Shown here in pieces: positions 28,000 through 38,474 of a stretch of DNA of 64,000 bases (position 1 is the first letter of the stretch; every line of letters starts with the position of its first letter). The notes under the pieces are model-generated. The model was not told the origin of the DNA. It made no database searches and saw nothing but the letters and a program-made list of their open reading frames with translations. Source of the stretch: Eubacteriales bacterium (GTDB lineage Bacteria > Bacillota > Clostridia > Christensenellales > CAG-917). Location of the stretch: the NCBI GenBank assembly GCA_035449045.1, contig DAOTKC010000001.1, forward strand, positions 72,145 through 136,144, in the 5' to 3' direction. A program made the translations under genes and the position numbers.

Positions 28000-29007
28000 T
28001 TAAAGTAAAAGCAAAAGCAAGGGGACGGTGAGGGCGGAAAGCAGTGTGGACAAAAGAATGGCGTTCGCCGCGGCGCGCTCGCCAGCGCCGTGAATCTCGG
28101 CAAGGCCCAAGACGATGTTGGCGGAAGGCATTGCCGAAAAAATGAATACCGAGGCCTTTATAACCGGGTCTATCGGCATAAAATACATAATTAAAAAGCA
28201 GAGCATGGGGTGAACGATAAGCTTAAGCGCGGCCGAAATATAGAGGTCTTTGTCAAGAAACAGCGCGCGCGGCTTTATTGTGGCGAAACGCATGCCGAGA
28301 ATCAGCATGCACATCGGCGCCGTCATTTTTGAGAGAAGCTCGACTCCGGTATTGAGCACGCCGGGGAGCTTGACGCCCAAGAAAAACAGCGGCAGTGCCA
28401 CGACAAGTGTAAGCGTCGGCTGATTTATGAGCGCCTTTTTGAAACTCATGAATTTTTTGTCGCCCGTTATTAAGAAAAGCCCCAGCGTCCAGCAGAGAAG
28501 GTTCATCGCGATAAGATATACCGCCGAAAACAGCACTGCTTTTGGCTGGCCGGGCATCAGAGCCTCGACGAGCGGCACTCCCAAAAAGCCGGCGTTGGCA
28601 AATGCGGAGGCGGCGGCGAGCACGCGGTTTTTGGCGGCGTCGGAGCCTTTGAAAGACGAAGTCTGTTCGAAAAGCGCCAGCGCGCCGTCGGTGTCGAAAG
28701 AGGGTAAAGTCGCCGCTTCTTTTTTCTTTTTAAATCGCACCAAAACAAGATAGGTGAGCGCCAGCATCAGGATTTGGAAGAGAAGCGACAAGCCCAAAAC
28801 GATGCCCGCCTCTCTTAAAAGCTCAAGGGAATAGGGCGCCTTTTGGAAAGAATATATGACTAAGGCGGGCGAGTTGACGTAGACCAATACCTTGGCGAAC
28901 GCCGCAATCGACCGCTCCTCCGCCGCCTTTAATTTTATTAAGAGATAGCCCGGCACCGCGAACGCTATCAGCATCAGCACGTTGGACGCCGTGAGCCAGA
29001 ATTCCAT
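28000..29007 (-). CDS. AEC (auxin efflux carrier) family permease
   Basis: 335 aa with about 10 hydrophobic segments and the two-lobed organisation typical of the AEC family. Confidence 0.8.
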   Translation of the reverse strand: MEFWLTASNVLMLIAFAVPGYLLIKLKAAEERSIAAFAKVLVYVNSPALVIYSFQKAPYSLELLREAGIVLGLSLLFQILMLALTYLVLVRFKKKKEAATLPSFDTDGALALFEQTSSFKGSDAAKNRVLAAASAFANAGFLGVPLVEALMPGQPKAVLFSAVYLIAMNLLCWTLGLFLITGDKKFMSFKKALINQPTLTLVVALPLFFLGVKLPGVLNTGVELLSKMTAPMCMLILGMRFATIKPRALFLDKDLYISAALKLIVHPMLCFLIMYFMPIDPVIKASVFIFSAMPSANIVLGLAEIHGAGERAAANAILLSTLLSALTVPLLLLLL

Positions 29008-29075
29008 AAAACCGCCTGTATTCGCCTATGCGCGAAATCTTTTGAATGCCGTAGCCGTTCGGCTGCGGTCTATTA

Positions 29076-29104
29076 ATTATAACGCGGACGGTTAAATTTC
29101 ACAA
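29076..29104 (-). promoter_or_regulatory. candidate promoter of the AEC permease gene
   Basis: Minus strand reads TTGTGA, a 17-nt spacer, then TATAAT. Confidence 0.45.
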
Positions 29105-29194
29105 GCGAAAACCAAAGCCCCCTATCTATTGAGGGCGCAATATTACACTTATGAAAGCCAAAACATCCACTTGAGGTTCATTGAGTTAAAAATC

Positions 29195-29224
29195 AAAAAG
29201 CCTTGCGGTTGCAAGGCTTTTTTG
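29195..29224. terminator. intrinsic terminator ending the ribosomal alpha operon (bidirectional shape)
   Basis: AAAAAGCCTTGC-GGTT-GCAAGGCTTTTTT lies about 20 nt after the rplQ stop. Confidence 0.8.
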
Positions 29225-29245
29225 GATAATCCTTTTTTGAGCGGG

Positions 29246-29752
29246 TCAGACGAGCTCGATTACCGCCATTTCGGCGCCGTCGCCTCTTCTTCTGCCCAAA
29301 CGGACTATGCGCGTGTAGCCGCCGCCCTGCCCTTTATCCTTGGCGCGGAGGGCGTATTTGGGCGCATACTCGTTGAAAATCTTCTCGATGAGAGGATGGT
29401 TGATGTCCTTTATGCGGGCTTTGAAAGCTTCCTTAGACTCTTTGTTGCGGCGGGTTTCCTGAAGGTCGGCGAGCTTGGCCATCATGCGGCGGCGAGCGGC
29501 GAGCTTCTTGGGGCCGTCGGCCTTGAATTCGACGGCAACCGTTTCACCCTTTAAGTTGACCTTGTTTTTGGTCGAGGTGGTCTCGTCCTCATAGGTGCGG
29601 ATTGCCGAGGTTATGATTTTTTCGGCAAGCGACCTCACCGATTTGGCGCGGTCGACGGTCGTCTCGATTCTGCCGAACCAAAGCAGCTCCGAGGTCTGAT
29701 TTTTGAGCATAGCCATACGTTGGTCTGTCGGTTTTCCTAGTTTGCTTGGCAT
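29246..29752 (-). CDS. rplQ: 50S ribosomal protein L17 (long form with central insertions)
   Basis: The conserved ends (GGGYTRIVRLGRRRGDGAEMAVIELV) are L17-like. It is 168 aa versus about 115-130 aa for typical L17. Confidence 0.92.
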   Translation of the reverse strand: MPSKLGKPTDQRMAMLKNQTSELLWFGRIETTVDRAKSVRSLAEKIITSAIRTYEDETTSTKNKVNLKGETVAVEFKADGPKKLAARRRMMAKLADLQETRRNKESKEAFKARIKDINHPLIEKIFNEYAPKYALRAKDKGQGGGYTRIVRLGRRRGDGAEMAVIELV

Positions 29753-29762
29753 ATTATCCTCC

Positions 29763-30719
29763 TTAGTCCTCGCTTCTTCTCAGCGAGAGTCCGAGGTCTT
29801 CGAGCTTTTTAATCACTTCTTCCAAAGATTTTCTGCCGAGGTTTCTGACTTTCAGCATATCCTCTTCGGTCTTTTTGGTGAGGTCTTCAACGGTGTTGAT
29901 TGAGGCGCGCTTTAAGCAGTTGTAGCTTCTCACCGAAAGGTCGAGGTCCTCGACGCTCATCTCCAGCACCTTCTGGTGCTTGTCGTCATCCTGGCTCACC
30001 AGAATGTCGACGTTGCCCATGACGTCGACGAGGTCGACGAAGAGCTTGATGTGGTCGTTCAAAATTTTGGCGGCAAGGCTTATTATTTCCTTAGCCGTTA
30101 TGGTGCCGTTGGTCAAAACTTCGATTGTCAGCTTGTCGAAATCAATCGACTGCTCGACGCGCGTGCTTTCGACGGTATAGTTGGCCTTCTCGACGGGCGT
30201 AAAGATGGAGTCGATGGGGATGTAGCCGATGGGCGCCTTGGCGTCCTTGTTCTTTTCCGCCGAAACATAGCCTCTGCCGCTGTCGATAAAAATGCGCATA
30301 TCGAGGACGGCGCCGGCGTCGAGCGTGCAGATGTAAGCATCGGGATTCATGATTTCGACGTCGGAGTTGGTGGTGATGTCGCCCGCCGTCACCGGACCGG
30401 GAGTGCCGCGGTAGAGCGAGATTTCGATTTTATCGTTGAACAGCTCGGGGTTGTGAAGCTTGACGGCAACGCCCTTTAGGTTCAGGATTATCTCGGTCAC
30501 GTCTTCCTTAACGCCCTTGATGGTCGAGAACTCGTGGTCGACGCCCGCTATCTTGATTCCCACGATGGCGGCGCCGGGCGGCGCCGAGAGCAAAATTCTT
30601 CTCAAGCTGTTGCCGAGCGTGGTGCCAAAACCCCGTTCGAGAGGCTCAACAGTGAACCGCGCGAAGTTTTTGGACTCGTTTTCCTCGTAGGAAATCTTGG
30701 GGCTCTTCATTTTTATCAT
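29763..30719 (-). CDS. rpoA: DNA-directed RNA polymerase alpha subunit
   Basis: 318 aa with [20 protein letters not shown] and a C-terminal CTD ([11 protein letters not shown]). Confidence 0.95.
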   Translation of the reverse strand: MIKMKSPKISYEENESKNFARFTVEPLERGFGTTLGNSLRRILLSAPPGAAIVGIKIAGVDHEFSTIKGVKEDVTEIILNLKGVAVKLHNPELFNDKIEISLYRGTPGPVTAGDITTNSDVEIMNPDAYICTLDAGAVLDMRIFIDSGRGYVSAEKNKDAKAPIGYIPIDSIFTPVEKANYTVESTRVEQSIDFDKLTIEVLTNGTITAKEIISLAAKILNDHIKLFVDLVDVMGNVDILVSQDDDKHQKVLEMSVEDLDLSVRSYNCLKRASINTVEDLTKKTEEDMLKVRNLGRKSLEEVIKKLEDLGLSLRRSED

Positions 30720-30743
30720 TGCGCTATCCTCCTATTCCTCTCT

Positions 30744-31367
30744 CTATCTCGAATACAACTCGACAATCAGATGCTCTTTTATGTCGATATCGGTGATATC
30801 GCTCCTCTCGGGAAGCGCGGTAACCGTGCCCACCAGATTCTCTCCGTCGAAGGTCAGCCACTTGGGAGTGGAGATTTTGGCGCCCTTAAGCTCCTTCCAC
30901 ATCGGAAGCTCTTTTTTGTTCTGCTTGACGGCTATAACGTCGCCCGCCTTGACGAGGTAGGAGGGGATATTGACGTTTTTGCCGTTGACGGTCAGATGAC
31001 CGTGCGTCACAATCTGGCGCGCCATGTCGCGGGAGGCGCCCAAGCCCAGACGGTAAGCGACGTTGTCAAGCCTGCGCTCGATTAAAACGAGCATATTTTC
31101 GCCCGTCACGCCGCGCATTTTGGCCGCTTTTTCGTAATACATTCTGAACTGACGCTCGAGGAGCCCGTAAGCTCTCTTGGTCTTTTGTTTCTCGCGAAGC
31201 TGTATTGAATAGCCCGACTGCTTCTTTCTGCCCGCGCCGTGCTGGCCGGGAACTATCGGGCGCTTTTTAATCGTGCACTTGGGCGAATAGCATTTGTCGC
31301 CCTTCAAATATAACTGGCAGCCTTCTCTCCTGCACAGACGGCAGTCGGCGTCAACATATCTTGCCAT
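30744..31367 (-). CDS. rpsD: 30S ribosomal protein S4 (Cys-containing form)
   Basis: [15 protein letters not shown]-terminus and an S4 domain. Confidence 0.95.
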   Translation of the reverse strand: MARYVDADCRLCRREGCQLYLKGDKCYSPKCTIKKRPIVPGQHGAGRKKQSGYSIQLREKQKTKRAYGLLERQFRMYYEKAAKMRGVTGENMLVLIERRLDNVAYRLGLGASRDMARQIVTHGHLTVNGKNVNIPSYLVKAGDVIAVKQNKKELPMWKELKGAKISTPKWLTFDGENLVGTVTALPERSDITDIDIKEHLIVELYSR

Positions 31368-31378
31368 TTTTCTTCCTC

Positions 31379-31771
31379 CTATAACCTTCTGCGTTTGGGC
31401 GGGCGGCAGCCGTTGTGCGGAATGGGCGAGACGTCTTTAATCAGCGTCACTTCCAGATTGCAGTTGCCGAGCGCGCGAATAGCCGATTCTTTGCCCGCGC
31501 CGGGGCCCTTGACATAGACTTCAACCGATCTCACGCCCAAATCGCGTGCGACTTTGCCGGCGTCTTCGGCGACGAGCTGCGCCGCGAACGGCGTGCTCTT
31601 TCTCGAGCCCTTAAGCCCCAGCTTGCCGCCGCTCGACCACGACACGGTGTTGCCTTCGAGGTCGGTTATCGTGACGATGGTATTGTTGAAGGAGGCGTGA
31701 ATGTGCGCCTGGCCTTTCTCTATGTGCCTTAGGTCCTTTTTCTTTTTAATCGTTCTTTTTTGAGCAGCCAT
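31379..31771 (-). CDS. rpsK: 30S ribosomal protein S11
   Basis: 130 aa with [14 protein letters not shown] and [12 protein letters not shown]. Confidence 0.95.
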   Translation of the reverse strand: MAAQKRTIKKKKDLRHIEKGQAHIHASFNNTIVTITDLEGNTVSWSSGGKLGLKGSRKSTPFAAQLVAEDAGKVARDLGVRSVEVYVKGPGAGKESAIRALGNCNLEVTLIKDVSPIPHNGCRPPKRRRL

Positions 31772-31786
31772 TACTCATCGTCCTCC

Positions 31787-32164
31787 TTATTTCGTCGCCT
31801 TCTTGACGCGCCCAACGGTGCGTTTCGGCCCCTTGCGGGTGCGGGCGTTTTGCTTGGTGTTCTGGCCGCGCACCGGCAGATTCTTTCTGTGCCGTATGCC
31901 ACGGTAGCACCCGATTTCGCCCAGGCGCTTGATGTTGAGCATGACCTCGCGCTTAAGGTCGCCCTCTACGCGGAGGTTTTTCTCAATGTATTCTCTGAGT
32001 ATGCTGTTCTGCTGTTCGGTAAGATCCTTGACGCGGATGTCGGGATTAATGCCCGTTTCCTTAAGGATTTTTTGAGCTGTGGGAAGCCCTATACCGTATA
32101 TATAGGTCAAACCGATTTCCACGCGCTTCTCGCGGGGTAAATCTACGCCAGCAATTCTTGCCAT
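31787..32164 (-). CDS. rpsM: 30S ribosomal protein S13
   Basis: [11 protein letters not shown]-terminus, 125 aa. Confidence 0.95.
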   Translation of the reverse strand: MARIAGVDLPREKRVEIGLTYIYGIGLPTAQKILKETGINPDIRVKDLTEQQNSILREYIEKNLRVEGDLKREVMLNIKRLGEIGCYRGIRHRKNLPVRGQNTKQNARTRKGPKRTVGRVKKATK

Positions 32165-32260
32165 TTAATTACCTCCAAAAAATTTGAAAACCTCTTTATC
32201 TCAAGCGCCGGGAAAGTTTTTTAACAAAAAAACTCAGCCGCTCCTTAGGCGCAATTGCTT

Positions 32261-32377
32261 TTATCCTTGGCGCTGCTTATGGTTAGGGTATTTGCTGCAA
32301 ATAACCATAACGCGTCCCTTTCTCTTGACGACTTTGCACTTGTCGCACATAGGCTTTACCGAAGGCCTGACTTTCAT
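32261..32377 (-). CDS. rpmJ: 50S ribosomal protein L36
   Basis: Not in the ORF track because it is too short. My reverse translation gives [38 protein letters not shown]. Confidence 0.93.
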   Translation of the reverse strand: MKVRPSVKPMCDKCKVVKRKGRVMVICSKYPNHKQRQG

Positions 32378-32408
32378 AATAAACTCCTTTACTCTTTTGA
32401 GCTTCCGA

Positions 32409-32630
32409 TTAGTTTTTGCCTCTCCAGACGATGCGCGCCTTGGTCATGTCGTAGGGTGAAATTTCGATTTTGACGCGGTCGCCTTCCAGAATCCGAATAT
32501 AGTTCAAGCGAAGTTTGCCCGAAAGATAGGCCGTCACGACATGGCCGTTTTCGAGCTTGACTTTGAATATTGCGTTGGGCAGCACGTCGATGACGTCGCC
32601 GTAGGCTTCTATTACGTCTTCCTTGGACAT
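32409..32630 (-). CDS. infA: translation initiation factor IF-1
   Basis: 73 aa, [10 protein letters not shown]...LPNA.FKV.LENGH. Confidence 0.95.
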   Translation of the reverse strand: MSKEDVIEAYGDVIDVLPNAIFKVKLENGHVVTAYLSGKLRLNYIRILEGDRVKIEISPYDMTKARIVWRGKN

Positions 32631-32638
32631 ATTCCCTC

Positions 32639-32902
32639 CTATAAATTTTCGTTGAAAGCGCGCAGCGCGCTCCTTATCTCGGCGTCATAGACGACGGCGG
32701 CCGCCGCCAGCTTTTCGCCGATTCGCTCAAGAACGCTGCCCGTATCCTTTAAGTGCTTGACGCGCTTGAGTTTGGGCTTTATCAGCTTTCTTCTCTCGCC
32801 GTCGGCAATCTTAACGAATTCCTCCGACACGATTTCGACGACGGCGTAGTAACTGCCGCTGTCGCGTCCCGATTTCGAATATACCACCGAACCTAACTTC
32901 AT
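32639..32902 (-). CDS. small KOW-domain protein conserved between map and infA
   Basis: 87 aa, [25 protein letters not shown], which is KOW-like. I trimmed the start to ATG 32902. Its position matches the small conserved gene seen at this junction in Firmicutes. Confidence 0.65.
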   Translation of the reverse strand: MKLGSVVYSKSGRDSGSYYAVVEIVSEEFVKIADGERRKLIKPKLKRVKHLKDTGSVLERIGEKLAAAAVVYDAEIRSALRAFNENL

Positions 32903-33017
32903 TTCTATCCCGTTCAATTCCGCCAATTTAACTTGAATGCTAAATGCCGCAGAACCAACTGTTTTTCTCAATCTGCCGCTTTATCCGCGAATTTTGTCGG
33001 ATAAAGGGTCTTTTTTG

Positions 33018-33761
33018 TTATAAGGTCAAAATCTCCGGCCCGTTTTCGGTGAGGATTACTGTGTTTTCGTAGTGCGCCGAGGGCCTGCCGTCGGCGGTAA
33101 CCACCGTCCATTCGTCGTCCTCAATCAAAACCTCGAAGGTTCCCGCGTTTATCATCGGCTCAATGGCGAGCGCCATACCGATTTCGATTTTGGCGCCGCG
33201 AGCGGCCTTTCCGAAGTTGGGGACGGCGGGGTCCTCGTGCATGCTTCTTCCTATTCCGTGTCCGACCAGCGCCCGAACGACCGAAAACCCGTTTCTCTCG
33301 GCGTGGGCCTGAACAGCGGCGCCGATGTCGCCTATCCGGTTGCCCGCCTTGAACGCCTCCAGTCCTTTAAAAAAGCACTCCTCGGTAACTTTCATCAGCT
33401 TTTCTTTTTCGGTGCTGATTTTTCCTACCGCGAAGGTTCTTGCGGCATCGCCGTGGAAGCCTTTATAGTAGGCGCCTATATCGACGCTGACAATTTCGCC
33501 CTCTTTTATCACCCGTCCGCCGGGTATTCCGTGCACCACTTCGCTGTCAATCGAGGTGCAGATGGCGGCGGGATAGCCGTTGTAGCCTAAAAATGAGGGT
33601 TCCGCTCCCGCGCTCTTTATGAATTTTTCGGCCGCCTTGGCAAGCTCTATTGTGGTGACGCCCGCTTTTACCTTGGTTTCGATAAAGAACAGCGCGTCCT
33701 TAACTATTTTTCCCGCCTCGCGCATAAGCGCGGTTTCGACGGCGCTTTTGAGATAAATCAT
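33018..33761 (-). CDS. map: type I methionine aminopeptidase
   Basis: 247 aa with a pita-bread fold and metal ligands (VCHGIP-like VVHGIPG, DIGA, GHGIG). Confidence 0.94.
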   Translation of the reverse strand: MIYLKSAVETALMREAGKIVKDALFFIETKVKAGVTTIELAKAAEKFIKSAGAEPSFLGYNGYPAAICTSIDSEVVHGIPGGRVIKEGEIVSVDIGAYYKGFHGDAARTFAVGKISTEKEKLMKVTEECFFKGLEAFKAGNRIGDIGAAVQAHAERNGFSVVRALVGHGIGRSMHEDPAVPNFGKAARGAKIEIGMALAIEPMINAGTFEVLIEDDEWTVVTADGRPSAHYENTVILTENGPEILTL

Positions 33762-34378
33762 TGAAGCGCCTTTTCAACGTCCTTGAAAGTTTCTTCCACC
33801 GAATAACTCTCGATTTCGACTAAAAGACCTTTCCTTTGGTAGTATTCGATGAGCGGCGCCGTCTGTTTTTGATAAACGTCCAGCCGCGCCTTGACGGTCT
33901 CGGGCTTGTCGTCGTCACGGATAAACATCTTTTTGCCGCACTTGGGGCAGATTTCGGAGCCACCCAGCCAGCTTATGTGCGAGTTCTCGCCGCAGGCGCA
34001 GACGCGCCTTCCCGAAAGCCTGGTTATGATGACGTCGAAATCGACGGTGAGGTTTATCGCGATGTCGATATCGGTGATTTTGTCCAGCCCCTCGGCCTGA
34101 GGCAACGTCCTCGGAAAGCCGTCCAGAACGTAACCGTTCAAGGCGTCGGCCTCCTTCAGCCGCGATTCCACAATGCCGATGACTATTTCGTCGGGGACCA
34201 AGAGGCCGCCGTCAAGATAGGCCTTGGCGCGCTTGCCGAGCTCGGTCTCCTCCTTGATATTCTTTCTGAATATATCGCCCGTCGAAATGTGCGGTATGCC
34301 GTAGGCCGCCGCGATTTTAACCGCCTGCGTTCCCTTGCCCGCCCCCGGCGCACCCAAAAGCACTATATTTCTTTTCAT
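33758..34378 (-). CDS. adk: adenylate kinase (zinc-lid type)
   Basis: GAPGAGKGTQ P-loop. The lid carries C-x-C...C-x2-C. Confidence 0.95.
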   Translation of the reverse strand: MKRNIVLLGAPGAGKGTQAVKIAAAYGIPHISTGDIFRKNIKEETELGKRAKAYLDGGLLVPDEIVIGIVESRLKEADALNGYVLDGFPRTLPQAEGLDKITDIDIAINLTVDFDVIITRLSGRRVCACGENSHISWLGGSEICPKCGKKMFIRDDDKPETVKARLDVYQKQTAPLIEYYQRKGLLVEIESYSVEETFKDVEKALQ

Positions 34379-34497
34379 ATATTCCCCTTTTTTATCTTAC
34401 TTTCCGGTAACACGAAGTTCAAATAACTTAATGCGTGCTACTGTGTTAACAAAAGCTTGCGTGCGTTCGCCGGCTTTCAAGCGAGGGCACACGGTGC

Positions 34498-35781
34498 CTA
34501 TTGTAAGAAGCCTTTGTAGTGGCGCATCATAATCTGGCTTTCGAGCTGCTTGTTGATTTCAAGCGCGACCGAGACGACGATAAGAAGACCGGTGGCCGAA
34601 AACGCGTTGCCGAACTGCAGTCCCTGTCCGCCTATCGCCTGGAAGAGGAAGGTGGGGACGAGGGAGATGATGGCGAGGAAGATGGCGCCGAACAGCGTAA
34701 TGCGGTTGTTTATTTTCTTTAGATATTCCGCCGTCGCCTTGCCCTGTCTTATGCCGGGGATGGTGCCGCCGTATTGCTGAATATTTTTGGCGACGTCCTC
34801 GGGATTGAACTGGATTTGGGCATAGAAGTAGGCGAAGAACAGAATGAGGAGCGGCAGCATGACGAAGTAAACCCATGTGCCGCTGCCCATGTTCTTGGCA
34901 TACCACGCGTAGGCTTTGCTGTCGGGCCAGAACAAGATCATAATCATCTGCGGGAACATCAAAAACGACGACGCGAAGATGATGGGCATGACGCCGGACG
35001 CGTTGATTTTAATGGGAATGTGCGTCGACTGCCCGCCGTAGACTTTGTTGCCCTTTATCTGCTTGGCATACTGCACCGACACCCTTCGTTCGGAAAGATC
35101 CATAAAGACGATGAAGAGAAAGACCAACACCATCAAGATGATTATTCCGAAGATGCGCCACAGGTTGTTGGGGTTGCTTCCCACGGTGTCGAAGGCGCCC
35201 AAAAACGAAGTGCCCGCCGTCGAAATTATGCCGACAAAGATGATGAGCGAAGTGCCGTTGCCTATACCGTATTCGGTGATTCTCTCGCCCAGCCACATGA
35301 CCATTGTGCTGCCGCCCACTAAAATGAAGATGATGAGAGCGGTCGTCAGCTCGGTGCTGCCGAAGGTGGGGAGAATGACGCTTTTCCATGTGAGCGCGAT
35401 GCCGATTGCCTGCACTATTCCCAAAAGAATGGCGAAATAGCGAGTAATCTGCGTCAGCTTGCGCTTGCCGTCCTCGCCTTCCTTGGATAGCCGCTCCAGC
35501 GCCGGAATGACGAGCGTCAGAAGCTGCATTATGATGAACGCGTTGATGAAGGGCACAATGCCCAGCGCGAACAGCGTGCCGTTGGACATCGAGCCGCCCG
35601 TTATCGTGCTGATAATCGACAGAAAGTCGTTGCCCTCGATGAGGCCGGCGACTTCGCTGGCGTTGATGCCGGGCACGGGAATATAGCAGCCGATGCGGTA
35701 AACAAGCAGAAACAGCAGCGTCATCCAGATTTTAATCCGGATTTCCTTGGTGGCGAAAGCGTTTTTGATTGTTTCGAACAT
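34498..35781 (-). CDS. secY: preprotein translocase subunit SecY
   Basis: 427 aa with 10 TM segments, in the position between rplO and adk. Confidence 0.95.
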   Translation of the reverse strand: MFETIKNAFATKEIRIKIWMTLLFLLVYRIGCYIPVPGINASEVAGLIEGNDFLSIISTITGGSMSNGTLFALGIVPFINAFIIMQLLTLVIPALERLSKEGEDGKRKLTQITRYFAILLGIVQAIGIALTWKSVILPTFGSTELTTALIIFILVGGSTMVMWLGERITEYGIGNGTSLIIFVGIISTAGTSFLGAFDTVGSNPNNLWRIFGIIILMVLVFLFIVFMDLSERRVSVQYAKQIKGNKVYGGQSTHIPIKINASGVMPIIFASSFLMFPQMIMILFWPDSKAYAWYAKNMGSGTWVYFVMLPLLILFFAYFYAQIQFNPEDVAKNIQQYGGTIPGIRQGKATAEYLKKINNRITLFGAIFLAIISLVPTFLFQAIGGQGLQFGNAFSATGLLIVVSVALEINKQLESQIMMRHYKGFLQ

Positions 35782-35782
35782 T

Positions 35783-36226
35783 TTATAATACCTCGGCTTT
35801 GCCGCCCGCGGTTTCGATGGCGCTTGCGGCGGCTTTCGAGAACTTGTTCGCTTGAACGGTAAGCTTTTTGGTGAGGCTGCCGCCGCCCAAAACCTTGAGG
35901 CCGTAGGGCTCCAACTTATTGATTAAGCCGGCTTCGAGTAGAAGCGCCGCGTTAACGACCGCTCCGTCGTCGAAATTTTCGAGCGAGCCTACATTTATAA
36001 TGGAATATTCCTTCTTGAACTCGTTAACGAATCCTCTCTTGGGCACGCGGCGCGTGATGGGCATCTGCCCGCCTTCGAAGCCGGGGCGGACTCCGCCGCC
36101 GCTTCTGGCGCGCTGGCCTTTATGGCCCTTGCCCGACGTCTTGCCCAGTCCCGAGCCGATTCCGCGCCCCAATCTTTTTTGCGACTGCTTGGCGCCCGCA
36201 GCGGGTTCTAACGTGTGAATTTTCAT
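35783..36226 (-). CDS. rplO: 50S ribosomal protein L15
   Basis: 147 aa with a Gly/Arg-rich N-terminus ([19 protein letters not shown]). Confidence 0.95.
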   Translation of the reverse strand: MKIHTLEPAAGAKQSQKRLGRGIGSGLGKTSGKGHKGQRARSGGGVRPGFEGGQMPITRRVPKRGFVNEFKKEYSIINVGSLENFDDGAVVNAALLLEAGLINKLEPYGLKVLGGGSLTKKLTVQANKFSKAAASAIETAGGKAEVL

Positions 36227-36235
36227 ACCGACCTC

Positions 36236-36412
36236 CTAGACTTCCTCGACCTTGACGAGATGGGCTATTTTTTTGAGCTGGCCGCGGAGCGCGGGGCTGT
36301 CCTCGCGTATCACCGAGGTTCCCACCTTGCCGAGCCCAAGCGCGGCGATGTTCGCCTTGTGGCTTTTGAGGCTTCCGATGGTGCTTTTGACTTGCGTAAT
36401 TTTGAGGTTCAT
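36236..36412 (-). CDS. rpmD: 50S ribosomal protein L30
   Basis: Not in the ORF track on this strand. My reverse translation gives MNLKITQVKSTIGSLKSHKANIAALGLGKVGTSVIREDSPALRGQLKKIAHLVKVEEV. Confidence 0.92.
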   Translation of the reverse strand: MNLKITQVKSTIGSLKSHKANIAALGLGKVGTSVIREDSPALRGQLKKIAHLVKVEEV

Positions 36413-36421
36413 ATCGGCCTC

Positions 36422-36934
36422 CTACAAAATTTCTTCGACGGCTTTGCCGCGGAGCGCGGCGATTTCCGCCGCCGAGCGCAGCTGCTTTAAGCCGTCCCAC
36501 GTCGCTTTGGAGCTGTTTATGGGATTGGACGAGCCCAGCGACTTGGTGCGTATATCCTTGATTCCGGCGGCTTCCAGCACGGCGCGGACGGGTCCGCCCG
36601 CAATGACGCCGGTGCCGGGGACGGCCGGCATAAGCAGCACGACGCCGCGGCCGAACTTGCCGATTACCTGATGGGGGATGGTGTTGTTGTCAAGGGAGAT
36701 TTTGACGAGGTTTCTCTTGCCCGCCGCCACCGCTTTTTCGATGGCTTCGGGAATCTCCTGAGCCTTGCCCATGCCGAGCCCTACCGAGCCCTTCTCGTCG
36801 CCGACGACGACAAGCGCCGAAAAGCGCATGTTTCTGCCGCCCTTAACGACTTTGGTAACTCTGTTGACGGCGATTAATTTTCTTACGAATTCGTCCTGCG
36901 GCTCCCGCATAGGCCTGTCTTCACGCTTTGCCAT
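36422..36934 (-). CDS. rpsE: 30S ribosomal protein S5
   Basis: 170 aa with [12 protein letters not shown]. Confidence 0.95.
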   Translation of the reverse strand: MAKREDRPMREPQDEFVRKLIAVNRVTKVVKGGRNMRFSALVVVGDEKGSVGLGMGKAQEIPEAIEKAVAAGKRNLVKISLDNNTIPHQVIGKFGRGVVLLMPAVPGTGVIAGGPVRAVLEAAGIKDIRTKSLGSSNPINSSKATWDGLKQLRSAAEIAALRGKAVEEIL

Positions 36935-36945
36935 ATATGTCCTCC

Positions 36946-37314
36946 CTAAAACTTTAAGCCGGCTTCTCTGGCGCCGTCGGCGACCGCGGCAACGCGGCCG
37001 GTGTAAAGATAACCCGCCCTGTCGAAGACGACTTCGGTGACGCCCGCCTCAATAGCGCGCTTGGCCGCCGTCATTCCGACGATCTTCGCCGCTTCGGTCT
37101 TGGTCTTGCCCGCTACCGCCGCCGCTACTTCCTTGTCGAGCGTCGACGCCTGAGCGAGCGTGGCGCCTCTCACGTCGTCGATTATCTGGACGTAGATGTG
37201 GTTGAGGCTTCTGTATACGTTGAAGCGCGGCTTTTCGGCGGTGCCGCTGATTTTTAAGCGGACGCGCTCCTGGCGCTTCTTTCTTTCTTCGTTTTTGTCT
37301 AGCTTTTTAATCAT
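36946..37314 (-). CDS. rplR: 50S ribosomal protein L18
   Basis: 122 aa with [12 protein letters not shown]. Confidence 0.95.
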   Translation of the reverse strand: MIKKLDKNEERKKRQERVRLKISGTAEKPRFNVYRSLNHIYVQIIDDVRGATLAQASTLDKEVAAAVAGKTKTEAAKIVGMTAAKRAIEAGVTEVVFDRAGYLYTGRVAAVADGAREAGLKF

Positions 37315-37325
37315 ATCGACGCTCC

Positions 37326-37865
37326 TTATTTACCCGCTTTCTTGCCGACCTTGAGGACGACGGCTTCGTCTTTATAGCGGATTCCGTAGCCGTGATAGGG
37401 TTCGATGGGCTTCAGCGCCTTGATATTGGCGGCGGCCTGCCCCACGGCGTGTTTGTCGGCACCCGACACCGCTATTTCGAGGGGCTGGGTAAGCTCAAGC
37501 TTGATGCCCGCCGGCGCGACATACTCGATAGGATGCGAAAACCCGATGTTGAGCGTCAGCTTGTTGCCCGAAAGCGCGCATTTATAACCGACGCCTGCCA
37601 CAACGAGCGACTTCTTAAAGCCCTTGGTGACGCCCGTCACCATATTGTTGACGAGGGCGCGCATGAGCCCGTGCAACGCTTTGACTTTCTTTTCTTCGGA
37701 ATTTCTCGTAACATGGATTATTCCCTGATCGACAGCAATCGAAACAGCGGGATTTATGGTTTCGGAGAGCGTGCCCAAGGGGCCCGTCACCGTCACTTTT
37801 CCGTCTTTTACCGCCGCAGTTACTCCTTGGGGGAGTTTTATCGGCATTCTTCCTATTCGCGACAT
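37326..37865 (-). CDS. rplF: 50S ribosomal protein L6
   Basis: [10 protein letters not shown]-terminus, 179 aa. Confidence 0.95.
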   Translation of the reverse strand: MSRIGRMPIKLPQGVTAAVKDGKVTVTGPLGTLSETINPAVSIAVDQGIIHVTRNSEEKKVKALHGLMRALVNNMVTGVTKGFKKSLVVAGVGYKCALSGNKLTLNIGFSHPIEYVAPAGIKLELTQPLEIAVSGADKHAVGQAAANIKALKPIEPYHGYGIRYKDEAVVLKVGKKAGK

Positions 37866-37873
37866 ACTTCCTC

Positions 37874-38272
37874 CTACCAGACGTAGGCGAGCACTTCGCC
37901 GCCGGTGCGGCCGGCTCTCGCCTCTTTATCCGTCATAATGCCCTTGGACGTCGAAAGAATGGCGATTCCCATGCCGTTTAAGACCTTGGGAACGCTGTCG
38001 GCGTCGGCGTATACGCGGAGGCCGGGCTTGGAGATTCTCTTCAATCCCGTAATAACCTTTTGATTTTTTCCAGCGTATTTGAGCGTGATTTCGATATCGT
38101 TCTGGACTTCCTTCTCGATAACGGTGAAGCCCTTTATATATCCCTCTCTCACCAAAATCTCGGCGATTGCGAGCTTAATTTTGGAGGCGGGGATTATCAC
38201 TTTTTCGTGCCTTGCGGTCAGCGCGTTTCTGATGCGCGTCAGCATATCGGCGATGGGGTCTACGATAGACAT
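37874..38272 (-). CDS. rpsH: 30S ribosomal protein S8
   Basis: [13 protein letters not shown], 132 aa. Confidence 0.95.
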   Translation of the reverse strand: MSIVDPIADMLTRIRNALTARHEKVIIPASKIKLAIAEILVREGYIKGFTVIEKEVQNDIEITLKYAGKNQKVITGLKRISKPGLRVYADADSVPKVLNGMGIAILSTSKGIMTDKEARAGRTGGEVLAYVW

Positions 38273-38287
38273 AAACTTATCCTCCTA

Positions 38288-38473
38288 TTACCAGCTTGCC
38301 TTGCGCACGCCGGGGATTTGCCCTTTATAAGCAAGGTTTCTGAAACAAATCCTGCATATCCCGTATTTCTTTAAAACGGCGTGGGGGCGTCCGCAAATCT
38401 TGCAACGCGTATATTCGCGCGTCGAATATTTTTGGGGCCTGGATTGTTTGACCTTAAGAGAGGTCTTTGCCAT
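38288..38473 (-). CDS. rpsN: 30S ribosomal protein S14, type Z (zinc-ribbon short form)
   Basis: 61 aa with [20 protein letters not shown]. Confidence 0.94.
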   Translation of the reverse strand: MAKTSLKVKQSRPQKYSTREYTRCKICGRPHAVLKKYGICRICFRNLAYKGQIPGVRKASW

Positions 38474-38474
38474 A

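Noticed and set aside
34379-34497. Unusually long (119 nt) secY-adk spacer with short GC stems (GGCAC-CGT-GTGCC and GCTTG...CAAGC).
   Set aside because: The stems are short with no U-tract, and I recognise no motif. It is probably just a spacer carrying the adk SD, so I did not raise it as a finding.
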